From: Candidatus Planktophila sp.
GTDB taxonomy: Bacteria; Actinomycetota; Actinomycetes; Nanopelagicales; Nanopelagicaceae
Length of the DNA stretch: 34,646 nt
Assembly (NCBI GenBank): GCA_964201405.1
Contig: CAXNDW010000001.1
Span: 1 to 34,646 of the forward strand
Direction of reading: 5' to 3'
Of this stretch, positions 17,018 through 27,002 are shown piece after piece (positions within the stretch are counted from its first letter, which is position 1; every line of letters begins with the position of its first letter). Position numbers and translations under genes: made by a program. Under the pieces are notes generated by a model. That model saw only the letters and a program-made list of their open reading frames with translations, searched no databases and was not told the origin of the DNA.

Positions 17018-17935
17018 ATGACGACCATCGCATCTGGCCACGGAATCGCAACTATTTCCAAGGGAACAACCTTGGATGTGTGGTTCCCTGCTCCCGCGCT
17101 ATCAGCGCTTACCGGATCGGCACCTGCAGAGTTAGTTGCACTTGTTGGAGAGGACAAAGCTCGTGCGGTAACACGCGAACTTGTGTCAATTGAAATTGAT
17201 ATTTCAAAGGCTCCTTCCAATGCTGCCGATGCATACCTACGTTTACATTTGCTTTCGCACCGTCTCGTTAAGCCACACGGGCTAGTACTTGATGGAGTCT
17301 TTGGAATCTTGAGCAATGTTGTCTGGACATCTGTAGGACCTTGCGCAGTGGATGGATTTGAAATGACTCGTGCACGCTTGAAGGCAGCCCACGGACATGT
17401 CAGTGTTTACGGCGTCGACAAGTTTCCACGAATGGTTGATTACGTAATTCCATCCGGAGTTCGAATTGCTGATGCAGATCGTGTTCGTCTTGGTGCACAC
17501 CTTGCTTCTGGTACAACAGTGATGCATGAAGGCTTTGTGAACTTCAATGCAGGAACACTTGGAACCTCAATGGTTGAAGGAAGAATTTCTGCGGGTGTCA
17601 TTGTTGGAGATGGAACAGATGTTGGTGGTGGCGCATCAATCATGGGAACGCTCAGTGGTGGTGGAAAAGAAGTTATCTCAATCGGAGAAAAGTGTTTGCT
17701 TGGTGCAAATTCAGGTTTAGGAATTTCTCTAGGTGACAACTGTGTGATTGAAGCTGGAACTTATATAACCGCTGCGGCAAAGGTTAAGTTGCCCGATGGC
17801 GAAATTGTTAAAGCTGGAACTCTTTCTGGCGCAAGCAACTTACTTTTCCGCAGAAACTCTTTAGATGGATCTCTTGAAGTTGTTTTACGGACTGGGAGTT
17901 GGGGTGGGCTCAACAGCGTCTTGCACGCTAACTAA
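17018..17935 (+). CDS. dapD: Tetrahydrodipicolinate N-succinyltransferase (actinobacterial type)
   Basis: [36 protein letters not shown] and [10 protein letters not shown], plus hexapeptide repeats. Confidence 0.95.
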   Translation: MTTIASGHGIATISKGTTLDVWFPAPALSALTGSAPAELVALVGEDKARAVTRELVSIEIDISKAPSNAADAYLRLHLLSHRLVKPHGLVLDGVFGILSNVVWTSVGPCAVDGFEMTRARLKAAHGHVSVYGVDKFPRMVDYVIPSGVRIADADRVRLGAHLASGTTVMHEGFVNFNAGTLGTSMVEGRISAGVIVGDGTDVGGGASIMGTLSGGGKEVISIGEKCLLGANSGLGISLGDNCVIEAGTYITAAAKVKLPDGEIVKAGTLSGASNLLFRRNSLDGSLEVVLRTGSWGGLNSVLHAN

Positions 17936-19156
17936 GTCAAAGTACGCAGAAGGAATTCTTGTTCGACTTCTAAAGGTTTCACCACGTAAGTTTTTTTGCA
18001 CACCCGTGCTTGAGGTTGCACGAATCATGGCAACGGTGCCGCTTAAATTCTTCGAGACAACCTCCAAACTGACTACATCTGGTAAGCCAAAGGCAAGAGC
18101 TACAACACTCTGTTGTACGGTGCGACTCCACTTATAAAAGTTAGGGTTTAGCTTGGGATCCTGGCTACCAGGATCAGGGACAATCTGCGTATAACTTCTC
18201 TCGCTCCCCCACGCATTGAACGCAGTTTCAGTTAATCCGCCTGTTGAACTTCCAAAGTAAGTAGCTATTGGAAGATTATTTTGAGTTAGAACCAATCCGC
18301 TTGTATTAGTAACGGCAGCCTTCCAAAACTTTCCCCAACCCTTTTCAGACTCTTTGGCAAAACCAAGAAACTTTTGATCAGATATCTCTCCATAAAGATC
18401 ACAATCACATGAGCTTCTATAGATCCCAGCTTTACTCATTGCATAGCTTCTAGAAGCGATGGCTTGAGCTTCTAGTGCGGCAGCCGGCCATGAGGATGGG
18501 ACCTCGCTTACACCCCACAAGTACTCATCAGCCAATCTCACAGAGTTTGTTATCTCAATTCTGTATCCCAATGTAGATGCCTTAACCGCTCGCACCTGCA
18601 TTTGACCATGGCGATAACGTGTAGTTGCAGATGAATGATTGAGCGATACAACTCCTTCTACACCTGGTAAATATCTAGTTCCACTCCAACGCACCGTGAA
18701 GATTCTATTTCTGGGCAAGGTAGATATCTTTTTGCCGAGAGAAATACTTGGGACAACAGTAGAACCTAAAATAGTAAAGTTGAGAGCGCTCTTAGCAGGA
18801 ATAACTGCAAGTGGTACAGCATCTTGCGCATCGCCTATGTCGCCACTATAAATCTGCACAACCGCATCTGGAGTAGCGGTAGTTATCCGTGCCGTGCTCA
18901 ATAAATGTCCGACATTTACACGCAGAATCTTTGAATCATCAAGTGGTTGAATAATTATATCTTTGTAGTAGTAATTCAAGATCGCCGTTGCGGTTTCTCC
19001 AGCTAGAGCTTTGGAACGTGCACCTATTTGACTTAATCCAACACCGTGACCATACCCAGAACCTGTGATTTCAAATGTAGATGGTGCAGTAGTGGCATTT
19101 ACAGGAGCCGGAATGAGGAGGGCAAATACCAACACAACAAGAAGTTTTTTATACAT
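17885..19156 (-). CDS. Secreted SpoIID/LytB-domain protein (lytic transglycosylase-like)
   Basis: Signal peptide [59 protein letters not shown] and SSTGGLTE. Start chosen at ATG 19156 (alternatives 19162, 19174). Confidence 0.88.
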   Translation of the reverse strand: MYKKLLVVLVFALLIPAPVNATTAPSTFEITGSGYGHGVGLSQIGARSKALAGETATAILNYYYKDIIIQPLDDSKILRVNVGHLLSTARITTATPDAVVQIYSGDIGDAQDAVPLAVIPAKSALNFTILGSTVVPSISLGKKISTLPRNRIFTVRWSGTRYLPGVEGVVSLNHSSATTRYRHGQMQVRAVKASTLGYRIEITNSVRLADEYLWGVSEVPSSWPAAALEAQAIASRSYAMSKAGIYRSSCDCDLYGEISDQKFLGFAKESEKGWGKFWKAAVTNTSGLVLTQNNLPIATYFGSSTGGLTETAFNAWGSERSYTQIVPDPGSQDPKLNPNFYKWSRTVQQSVVALAFGLPDVVSLEVVSKNLSGTVAMIRATSSTGVQKNLRGETFRSRTRIPSAYFDLVSVQDAVEPTPTPSP

Positions 19157-19952
19157 CCTCATCGATTGCTGCACTCTTTCCGAGATTCAAGAACTTTTGA
19201 TAGGCATCAATAACAGTATTGGGTTCGCCACGTTGTACAACTTTTCCTTTGTGAAGCCAAACAACATCATTGCATGTCTCTCGCAATGTTTTCATGGCAT
19301 GGCTAACCAGAATTAGCGCTCGGTCATCACTTCGTAATTCCTTAATTCTGTTAAGGCTTTTTTCCTTGAACTTTGCATCTCCTGTACTGAGCGCCTCATC
19401 AATTATCAAGATATCCGGACGAACTGTTGCTGCCACAGAAAATGCTAAGCGTGCATACATGCCAGATGAATATGTACGCATCGGTGCATCAATAGCATCA
19501 CCTAGCTCTGAAAATTCAGCGATCTCATCAAAATGACCTTCTATCTCTTCGCGAGACATTCCTGCAGCTAGTCCACCCAAATAAACATTGTCCCGCCCAG
19601 ACATTGAGGGGTTGAAGCCGACGCCTAATGCAAGAAGGGTGCTCACTGAACCATTCACTTCGATGCGACCCTGACTCGGAGGCAAAATGCCGGCAATACA
19701 TCTCATTAAGGAGGATTTGCCAGCGCCATTTGTTCCAATGACACCTAATACTTGGCCATACTCAACATCAAGATTTACTTCATCGAGGGCGCGAACAACT
19801 CGAGTCTGCTTTGAACCGCGACCAAGTGCTTTAGCGCGGGCTTTCAAAGTTGGTCGACTATCAATCGCAGTTGTATAAGTCAGACCAAGATCGCGAACTG
19901 AAACCGCGATCTCGTGAGTAGTGTGCTTATTAGAGACGGACAGCGAACTCAC
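19149..19952 (-). CDS. ABC transporter ATP-binding protein, Wzt/TagH-like (polysaccharide/teichoic acid export)
   Basis: GTNGAGKS, YSSGMYARLAFS, IIDEALSTGD..F..K and VSH motifs. Start uncertain (GTG 19952 chosen). Confidence 0.9.
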   Translation of the reverse strand: MSSLSVSNKHTTHEIAVSVRDLGLTYTTAIDSRPTLKARAKALGRGSKQTRVVRALDEVNLDVEYGQVLGVIGTNGAGKSSLMRCIAGILPPSQGRIEVNGSVSTLLALGVGFNPSMSGRDNVYLGGLAAGMSREEIEGHFDEIAEFSELGDAIDAPMRTYSSGMYARLAFSVAATVRPDILIIDEALSTGDAKFKEKSLNRIKELRSDDRALILVSHAMKTLRETCNDVVWLHKGKVVQRGEPNTVIDAYQKFLNLGKSAAIDEDV

Positions 19953-20757
19953 GCTCCCTCGACAAGAAGAAATAAGTTCCAATGAAAAAGACTCCGACAG
20001 CCCAGGCTAGGCCCTGCAACATACTTGAAATTTGAGGCATCTCTCCATGCACGAGCGCTGATGACCAAGAGTCAAGGATTGGGAACAAGGGATTCACAAT
20101 TTCAAGTACTCGAAGTTTTGGGTCTAGCTCTGAAGCCTCGTAGAGAACTGGTGAAAGATATAAGAATGTTCTAGTCAAATAAGGCAAGAAGCTAGCGATA
20201 TCTCTGAAATAAACATTTATACATGAGATGGTTATGGCCAGCCCTAAAGCCAAAAACATAGTGATGAATAAAACTGGAATTGCCCACAACATTTCAACTT
20301 CAAACTTAGATCCAAGCACCGCTTTAATGATCAAAAATACAAAAATAGTGGGTAGGAATTTAAATATTGCGATTACTACCGCTGATATTGGAAGCATCAC
20401 ACGAGGAAAGGCTGTGTTAAGAATCAATCTTTGCCCTGCGGTAATTGATTTCACTCCTCCGGTGAGGGAATTCGAAATCAAATAGAAGAGAAACAGTGTC
20501 GCTGTTAAGTGCAAATATCGAGTGCCATCGCTGCCACCACGGATAATTACGATCAAAATAAAGTAAACCCCAGATAGCAGTAAGGGATTAATAACTAGCC
20601 ACAGCTGTCCAAAGACTGAATCAAAGTGCTGTTCGCGAAGCTCTGATTTGGAGTACTCGGATATAAATGTCCGCCTTGACCAGAGCGATTTCCAGTACTT
20701 TCCGAGCTTAGGTAGACCAGCCTTAAATGGCTCGTATACCTGCAGTGGGGTGCTCAC
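19930..20757 (-). CDS. ABC-2 permease, Wzm/TagG-like
   Basis: GQLWLVINPLL, FPRVMLPI, YFRDI, YLSPVLY and NPL motifs; about 6 TM segments. Start at GTG 20757 (GTGA overlap). Confidence 0.9.
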   Translation of the reverse strand: MSTPLQVYEPFKAGLPKLGKYWKSLWSRRTFISEYSKSELREQHFDSVFGQLWLVINPLLLSGVYFILIVIIRGGSDGTRYLHLTATLFLFYLISNSLTGGVKSITAGQRLILNTAFPRVMLPISAVVIAIFKFLPTIFVFLIIKAVLGSKFEVEMLWAIPVLFITMFLALGLAITISCINVYFRDIASFLPYLTRTFLYLSPVLYEASELDPKLRVLEIVNPLFPILDSWSSALVHGEMPQISSMLQGLAWAVGVFFIGTYFFLSREREFAVRL

Positions 20758-21764
20758 GGATGCAAGGTTACCGCAGGGGCTAGAGACTTCGGCGATGTAA
20801 GAAAACCAAGCCCCCATGAAATATGCATTGTGAGCAAAATTGTTGGCAAACACAGAAATTCGCCCACGCTCTTACCAATCATTATTGAAGCTCCCAGGAT
20901 AAATAGCGCATATACAAGTGCTGGGAGCAAGAAGAGTGGCGCAATTACGGCACCTAAGAGTATGGATAGAGAGCAGGTAATAACTGTGAATGGAGGTGCA
21001 AGGTATCGGTAGTTAATAGTCCCTTGATGTCTACGTGAAACAACGCGTCTCCAACGTCCATATTGAAAATACTGTTTAGCAAGGGATGTCACAGTAGAGC
21101 GCGGGCGGTAGGTAACAATCAACCGTGGATCAAAGTAAACAACTCCACCATTCTCGCGCAAACGAAAGTTCAACTCCCAATCCTGTGCGCGAGTAAATCT
21201 CTCATCAAATCCACCCACTGCTAGTAGCGCCTCTTTTCTAAAGCACCCTAAATACACGGTGTCAGATTCTCCTGCACCTCCACCAGTGTGAAAACGAGAA
21301 GCTCCTACTCCTAATGGACTACGCATCGCTCGTGCGACAGCGGTTTCAAAGAGTGAAACCCCTTCTGCAGCCATAACTCCACCTACATTTACCGCACCGG
21401 TTTCAGCAAGAATCTGAAAAGCTGTTTCACAGTAATCACTCGGAATCTGTGAATGTCCATCAACTCTTACGATGATGGAGTATCGAGATGCAGCTATTGC
21501 ACGGTTTAAACCTGGCGCCGTTCTTCCAGTTGGATTGTCAACGACGACAACTCGTGAATCTTTCGCCTGCAACCTTTGAGCGATTTCCATGGTTGCATCA
21601 TGAGATGGTCCAACGGCCAGAATAACCTCGAGCGCCCCGGCAAAGTTCTGAGACAAGATTGAATTCACAGAATCCTCTAAATACTTCGCCTCGTTGAGGA
21701 CTGGGAGGATGACTGAGATTTCTCTCTTTGGTGAGCCATATAACGTGTTCGCTGATGTCGACAT
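20754..21764 (-). CDS. GT2 family glycosyltransferase (ExoA-like)
   Basis: ISVILPVLNE, RVDGH, GGFDE..RAQDWELNFRL and QYFQYGRWR motifs, with C-terminal TM helices. Confidence 0.92.
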   Translation of the reverse strand: MSTSANTLYGSPKREISVILPVLNEAKYLEDSVNSILSQNFAGALEVILAVGPSHDATMEIAQRLQAKDSRVVVVDNPTGRTAPGLNRAIAASRYSIIVRVDGHSQIPSDYCETAFQILAETGAVNVGGVMAAEGVSLFETAVARAMRSPLGVGASRFHTGGGAGESDTVYLGCFRKEALLAVGGFDERFTRAQDWELNFRLRENGGVVYFDPRLIVTYRPRSTVTSLAKQYFQYGRWRRVVSRRHQGTINYRYLAPPFTVITCSLSILLGAVIAPLFLLPALVYALFILGASIMIGKSVGEFLCLPTILLTMHISWGLGFLTSPKSLAPAVTLHP

Positions 21765-21800
21765 AACGCGTACACGCTATCGCTCAAGTACTCTCTGATA

Positions 21801-22916
21801 GTGAAATCAACGCGGGCAATTCGGATTATTACCTCACTATCTGTGGGAGTAGTACTTATTTCCGCCTTTTCCTGGCTGGGACTCGGACAAGTCAGCGGTG
21901 CAATCGACCGCATCGATGCCTTTGGTTCAGTTAGCTCCCGACCCGATAAGCCCAATAAAGCCCTTAACTACTTGTTAGTGGGTTCAGATACGCGCGCAGG
22001 ATTAACTAAGGAGCAGTTGAAGTTGCTTCGTGTAGGAAGCGCAAAGACCGCCGCAGGTTCACGATCTGACACCATGCTTTTAGTTCACATCTCAAAGGCT
22101 CGGGATAAAGCCACAATTATTTCTATTCCTCGTGATTCTTTAGTGACTATTCCCGAACATCCATCATCTTTAGATAAAAACAAGATTATCCCTGCAGCAA
22201 AGGGAAAGATTAACGCCGCATTTGCATTTGGTGGTGCTCCACTCCTGATTCAAACCATCGAAGATGAAACTGGTATTCGAATTGACCATTACATTGAAAT
22301 TGGTTTTGCAGGTTTTGCCGGAATGGTTGATGCATTAGGCGGAATCGAAGTATGCACAAAGCGAGACATCGATGACCCAGGTAGTCACTTGGTTCTTGCT
22401 GCCGGAGTGCACACACTTAATGGAGTCGAAGCTTTGAAGTATGTGCGAACACGTGACTTTGATGGAATGGGTGACTTGGGTCGAATGCAACGCCAGCAGC
22501 AATTCATGAGCGCTGTGCTTCGCAAGGTGACAAGTACTGGAGTACTGCTTAATCCAATCAAACTCGTCAACTTCTTTAATGCTGCTATTGCAACTGTAAA
22601 GACTGATTCAGAGCTCAATAAGAGTGATCTGCTCACTCTTGCAAAGCAGATGAAAAATCTTGCATCAAGTAATGTTCGCACCCTCACAATTCCTTTGGGC
22701 AATGTCAATGCACGCGTCCCCGGAGTCGGATCGGTTGTTACGTGGGATTCAGAGCTTGCACCTGAGTTATTTAATCGAATTCGTGAGGATTTACCCCTTA
22801 CAGATGAGGTAACCCCTACCCCATCGGCTTCTTCGACAACCACAGCAAAGCCAATTGTGATCGATAAATTTAAGACTCGTACCGCTGATGAAAACCCTTG
22901 CGGGGCTCTGAAGTAA
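21801..22916 (+). CDS. LCP (LytR-CpsA-Psr) family glycopolymer transferase
   Basis: N-terminal TM, LLVGSDTR, RSDTMLL, SIPRDS, KINAAF, YVRTR and DLGRMQRQQ. TACTCT lies 6 nt before the GTG. Confidence 0.94.
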   Translation: MKSTRAIRIITSLSVGVVLISAFSWLGLGQVSGAIDRIDAFGSVSSRPDKPNKALNYLLVGSDTRAGLTKEQLKLLRVGSAKTAAGSRSDTMLLVHISKARDKATIISIPRDSLVTIPEHPSSLDKNKIIPAAKGKINAAFAFGGAPLLIQTIEDETGIRIDHYIEIGFAGFAGMVDALGGIEVCTKRDIDDPGSHLVLAAGVHTLNGVEALKYVRTRDFDGMGDLGRMQRQQQFMSAVLRKVTSTGVLLNPIKLVNFFNAAIATVKTDSELNKSDLLTLAKQMKNLASSNVRTLTIPLGNVNARVPGVGSVVTWDSELAPELFNRIREDLPLTDEVTPTPSASSTTTAKPIVIDKFKTRTADENPCGALK

Positions 22917-22926
22917 ACTCTCCCGC

Positions 22927-24237
22927 ATGACTTTAACTCTCTCGGTAGTTGGCTGCGGTTATCTCGGAGCCACCCACGCTGCATGCATGTCCTCATTAGG
23001 TTTTACCGTTGTTGGAGTCGATACAGATCCCGAAAAGGTTGCGCTTCTGCAAAGCGGGAAGCTGCCATTTTATGAACCAGGTTTAGACACCTTGCTTGCG
23101 CAGGAGATGAAGACAGGGCGGCTCTCATTTACAACAGATTTTTCTGCAGTCAAAGATGCCGATGTTCACTTTGTTTGCGTTGGAACTCCACAAAGCAAAG
23201 ATGGACTTGCAGCTGACCTGACATATGTGAAAGCTGCTGTTGCAGCCATTGCACCACACCTAAAAGATGGGTCACTTGTCGTCGGTAAATCAACTGTTCC
23301 GGTTGGAACCGCTCAAGGATTGCGAGCAGAGTTAGCAAAAAGTGCTCCCCAAGCAGATCTAGCGTGGAACCCAGAGTTTCTACGTGAAGGGTTTGCTGTT
23401 GAAGATACTTTGACGCCAAACCGATTAGTTGTCGGAGTTGCAAATGATCGTGCAGAGGAAATTCTCAAAGAGGTTTACGAGCCGGTTATTGCTCTTGGGA
23501 CTCCATGGATTCGTGCAGATCTACCAACATCTGAACTTGTTAAGGTAGCTGCAAACTCTTTCCTTGCAACAAAGATCTCATTTATTAATGCGATGGCAGA
23601 GGTGTGTGAGGCAGCGGGTGGCGATGTCACCGTTTTAGCTAAAGCAATTGGGTACGACCCACGTATTGGAAATCGTTTCTTGCAGGCTGGTATTGGATTT
23701 GGCGGCGGATGTCTTCCTAAAGATATTCGCGCATTTATGGCTCGTGCAGAAGAGCTTGGAGCCAAGCAGGCACTTGAGTTCCTACGCGAAATTGATGCAA
23801 TTAACCTTCGAGCGCGTCAGCGCGTTATCGATGTCGTGCGCGGTGAGCTATCTGATGATTTAACCCAGTACAAGATTGCAGTATTGGGTGCAACATTTAA
23901 GCCCGACAGCGATGATGTGCGCGACTCCCCAGCACTTGATATTGCTGCACAACTGCAAGCTGCCGGTGCGATCGTTGTTGTACATGATCCTCAAGGTATT
24001 GAGCCTGCTCGCAAGCGTTTTCCAAATCTTCAGTACCAAGAAGTTGTTACAGATGCGCTCAAAGATGCTGATTTGATTCTGCACCTTACAGAGTGGAAGG
24101 AGTACCGACAGATAGATCCTGCCGCTATTGCTTCACTAGTTAAGTCAAAGATAATTATTGATGGTCGCAACATGCTAGATCGCACCTTGTGGCGTAAGGC
24201 GGGGTGGAAGTTCCACGCTTTAGGGCGAACCGATTAA
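22927..24237 (+). CDS. ugd: UDP-glucose/GDP-mannose 6-dehydrogenase
   Basis: GCGYLG, KSTVPVGT, NPEFLREG, GFGGGCLPKD and FKPDSDDVRDSP. TAAACT, overlapping the LCP stop, lies 7 nt before the ATG. Confidence 0.93.
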   Translation: MTLTLSVVGCGYLGATHAACMSSLGFTVVGVDTDPEKVALLQSGKLPFYEPGLDTLLAQEMKTGRLSFTTDFSAVKDADVHFVCVGTPQSKDGLAADLTYVKAAVAAIAPHLKDGSLVVGKSTVPVGTAQGLRAELAKSAPQADLAWNPEFLREGFAVEDTLTPNRLVVGVANDRAEEILKEVYEPVIALGTPWIRADLPTSELVKVAANSFLATKISFINAMAEVCEAAGGDVTVLAKAIGYDPRIGNRFLQAGIGFGGGCLPKDIRAFMARAEELGAKQALEFLREIDAINLRARQRVIDVVRGELSDDLTQYKIAVLGATFKPDSDDVRDSPALDIAAQLQAAGAIVVVHDPQGIEPARKRFPNLQYQEVVTDALKDADLILHLTEWKEYRQIDPAAIASLVKSKIIIDGRNMLDRTLWRKAGWKFHALGRTD

Positions 24238-24631
24238 TACTCAAGAAACAATTGATGCTGTCCTGGCTCTAAAGACCTGGGCCGTTGTAGGACTTGGTAA
24301 CAATCCCGAGCGGGCAGCTTTTGGTGTTGCCAAATTACTGCAAGATAAAGGTCACCGAATAATTCCTGTCTATCCCCGCGCCGAAATAGTTCATGGAGAA
24401 GTTGGGTATAAAACCCTTGCAGAAATTCCTGAAGCGGTTGATGTTGTTGATTGTTTTGTGAATTCTCAACTAGTGGGCAAGGTTGTTGATGAAGCAATTG
24501 CAATTGGTGCAAAAGCGGTGTGGTTGCAATTAGATGTTATTGATGATGCAGCGATTGCACGAGCACAGGCAGCTGGTTTACTAACTGTTACGAATCGATG
24601 CCCGGCGATTGAGTACCGAGCTCGCGCTTAA
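24233..24631 (+). CDS. CoA-binding protein (YccU-like) with no canonical start codon
   Basis: Not in the ORF track. Open frame of 132 codons: [48 protein letters not shown]...[16 protein letters not shown]...[12 protein letters not shown]...NRCPAIEY. In-frame TAG at 24221. Start position uncertain (ATT 24233 assumed). Confidence 0.82.
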   Translation: MNTQETIDAVLALKTWAVVGLGNNPERAAFGVAKLLQDKGHRIIPVYPRAEIVHGEVGYKTLAEIPEAVDVVDCFVNSQLVGKVVDEAIAIGAKAVWLQLDVIDDAAIARAQAAGLLTVTNRCPAIEYRARA

Positions 24632-25134
24632 AAACCAGTTTTGTGATTGCGGCGAGAGTTTAGACTCTCGCCCTTTTCCTTTGCGACTCTATTGATCTCT
24701 TGTAATCCTTGTGAAACCTTTGCAGATATCGCCGAATCCGATACTCCCAAGATGCGTGCAGCAAGCAGTGCGGCGTTCTTGGCATTTCCAACACCGACTG
24801 TTGCAACTGGCACACCTGCAGGCATTTGAACGATAGACAGAAGTGAATCCATTCCATCCAGATTCTTTAATGCAACTGGAACTCCGATGACTGGCAATGA
24901 AGTCAATGATGCGACCATTCCTGGAAGATGCGCAGCACCACCAGCCCCAGCGATAATTACTTTGTAACCCTTTGACTGTGCGGTTTGAGAAAACTCAACC
25001 ATTTCAAGTGGCATGCGATGTGCTGAAATAACATCTGCCGTATATGAAATTCCAAGTTCGTCAAGGATCTTTGCCGCATCCTCCATGGTTGGCCAATCAG
25101 AGTCTGACCCCATGATGATCGCTACATCACTCAT
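24628..25134 (-). CDS. purE: N5-CAIR mutase
   Basis: [25 protein letters not shown] and [14 protein letters not shown] motifs. Confidence 0.97.
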   Translation of the reverse strand: MSDVAIIMGSDSDWPTMEDAAKILDELGISYTADVISAHRMPLEMVEFSQTAQSKGYKVIIAGAGGAAHLPGMVASLTSLPVIGVPVALKNLDGMDSLLSIVQMPAGVPVATVGVGNAKNAALLAARILGVSDSAISAKVSQGLQEINRVAKEKGESLNSRRNHKTGF

Positions 25135-26239
25135 CAACTTCTCCGCTCATGTAATCCAAGGCATGCTGGACTTCCTTGGTTAATTCTACGAGGTTCTCGC
25201 CCACCATAGTTACATGGCCAATCTTGCGGCCAGGACGAACCTCTTTCTTGTAATGATGAAACTTCAGCATGGGTGTCCTTGCCATGAGATGAAGGTATGG
25301 GCGATACATATCTGATTTGTCTCCACCGAGGAGATTGCCCATGACAGCTAGTGGTGCGGTCATTGAAGGATCTCCTAATGGAAGATCTAAAACCGCACGT
25401 AGATGCTGTTCAAATTGACTTGTGTGTGAACCTTCAATTGTCCAATGTCCTGAATTATGTGGACGCATAGCGAGCTCATTAATGAAAAGCTCTTCTGCCT
25501 TTACAAACATCTCAACAGCCATGACACCAACGACACCAACAGTTGCTGCAACTTCTAACGCTAACTTCTGAGCCTTTTCACTGAGTGCTACAGATAAATC
25601 TGGTGCGGGAGTAATAGTCATGGTACAGATACCGGCTTTTTGAATAGTTTGGGTCGGAGCCCATGTTGTCGCCTGTCCATGAGGAGAGCGAGCAACCATG
25701 ACGGCGATCTCAAAATCAAAATCAATGAGATCTTCAATCAATAGCTTTCCATTGTGTTGCAAAAGTGAAGATAACTCTTGAAGATCGGAAACTTTCCAGA
25801 CTCCGCGACCGTCATATCCACCTGAAATCGCCTTAGCAATAACTGGAAACTCTTTTACTTCATCCGCTGAAGAAATAATGTGCCATCGTGGAGAAGGAAA
25901 GGAGCTGAGCTTTTCCCGCATCGCAGCTTTATCCTGTGAGTAAAGAAATGAAGTTGATGATGGGCGAACAACAACGCCATCGGCTTCTAGAGCTTTGATG
26001 ATGCTTAAAGGAATTAACTCATGCTCAAATGTGACAACATCACATTTTTTTGCAAAGGAACGAACCGTCTCTAGATCTTTATAGTCACCAACAATGTGGT
26101 TGGTTATCTGAGCGCCAGAATCCAGCGAATCCGAGGCAAGAAGAAGGAGATCAACACCTAACGCTGTCGCCGGCGCGATACTCATACGTGCAAGCTGGCC
26201 AGCGCCAATGACGCCGACGATAGGAAAGGCTTTGCTCAC
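25127..26239 (-). CDS. purK: N5-CAIR synthetase (ATP-grasp)
   Basis: [41 protein letters not shown] and RKIGH motifs. Confidence 0.96.
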   Translation of the reverse strand: MSKAFPIVGVIGAGQLARMSIAPATALGVDLLLLASDSLDSGAQITNHIVGDYKDLETVRSFAKKCDVVTFEHELIPLSIIKALEADGVVVRPSSTSFLYSQDKAAMREKLSSFPSPRWHIISSADEVKEFPVIAKAISGGYDGRGVWKVSDLQELSSLLQHNGKLLIEDLIDFDFEIAVMVARSPHGQATTWAPTQTIQKAGICTMTITPAPDLSVALSEKAQKLALEVAATVGVVGVMAVEMFVKAEELFINELAMRPHNSGHWTIEGSHTSQFEQHLRAVLDLPLGDPSMTAPLAVMGNLLGGDKSDMYRPYLHLMARTPMLKFHHYKKEVRPGRKIGHVTMVGENLVELTKEVQHALDYMSGEVDE

Positions 26240-26243
26240 CCTC

Positions 26244-27002
26244 CTATCGTAGATGTATTACATCGGCTGATTGAACATGGGTTCCATCATCCAAGATAAG
26301 CGCGCCGGTATCTGAAACTCCTTCTGCAATCCCATCCTGTGAAGCTCCACCTGGGTACTCAACACGTACATGTGTACCAATCGTTGCACTTAACGAGCTA
26401 TACAGGGGTTGAATCTCATCGATTCCTTGATCCCACTGAATAAAGTTCTTCTCGAACTCTTCAAGAATTTCACAAATCAGTTGATCACGGGTGATGTCTT
26501 CTCCGCCTTCAACAAGTAATGAGGTTGCAGTATCTACAGGAAGTTGATTCTCTTCCATGCCAACATTAACTCCAATACCTATAACAACTCCTTCACCAAC
26601 TACTTCTGCAATCAAACCAGAAACCTTTTTACCATTTATCAAAATGTCATTAGGCCACTTAACAACCGCATGAAAAGCATGCAAAGATTTGGCAACGCTA
26701 TAGCCAGCCAATAATGGAATCCAACCCCAATCATCTCGATTGCGTTGTGGTTGTATATAAAAGGAAAAGAGCAAGGCTGTACCTCTGTCAGCTTCGAAAC
26801 TTCTATCTAATCTTCCACGGCCAGCGGTTTGATACTCGGCAACAATTACATCTCCAACTTTTGCTTTACCTTGTTGAACGAGCAACACAAGATCACCTTG
26901 TGTTGTACCCGTGAGTTCAACCACCTTTACTCGCCAGTACGGCGTGATTAATCTGCCGATCTCTGCCTGATCTAGCGGTGCTCTTAACAATTCTTTGCTC
27001 AC
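26244..27002 (-). CDS. birA: Biotin--protein ligase (class I, no HTH)
   Basis: QTAGRGRLDR, KWPND, KVSGLIAE and GIGVN motifs. Start reassigned to GTG 27002 to avoid overlap with the divergent carboxyltransferase. Confidence 0.92.
   Translation of the reverse strand: MSKELLRAPLDQAEIGRLITPYWRVKVVELTGTTQGDLVLLVQQGKAKVGDVIVAEYQTAGRGRLDRSFEADRGTALLFSFYIQPQRNRDDWGWIPLLAGYSVAKSLHAFHAVVKWPNDILINGKKVSGLIAEVVGEGVVIGIGVNVGMEENQLPVDTATSLLVEGGEDITRDQLICEILEEFEKNFIQWDQGIDEIQPLYSSLSATIGTHVRVEYPGGASQDGIAEGVSDTGALILDDGTHVQSADVIHLR

Noticed and set aside
16988-17041. LOG start at 17041, and likewise birA at 27038, MarC at 7375 and the permease at 20853
   Set aside because: These longest-ORF starts overlap neighbouring genes. 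Downstream starts fit family N-termini, coupling overlaps or -10 spacing.
22385-22996. 203-aa antisense ORF over the LCP gene, and similar shadow ORFs (e.g. 30173..30682, 7697..8062, 9200..9556)
   Set aside because: They are antisense to well-supported genes, have no recognisable motifs, and fit codon-bias shadows.
24234-24512. 92-aa Gln-rich minus-strand ORF filling the ugd-purE gap
   Set aside because: It is the shadow of the plus-strand CoA-binding frame, whose GTT/GAT-rich codons create the Gln/His bias.
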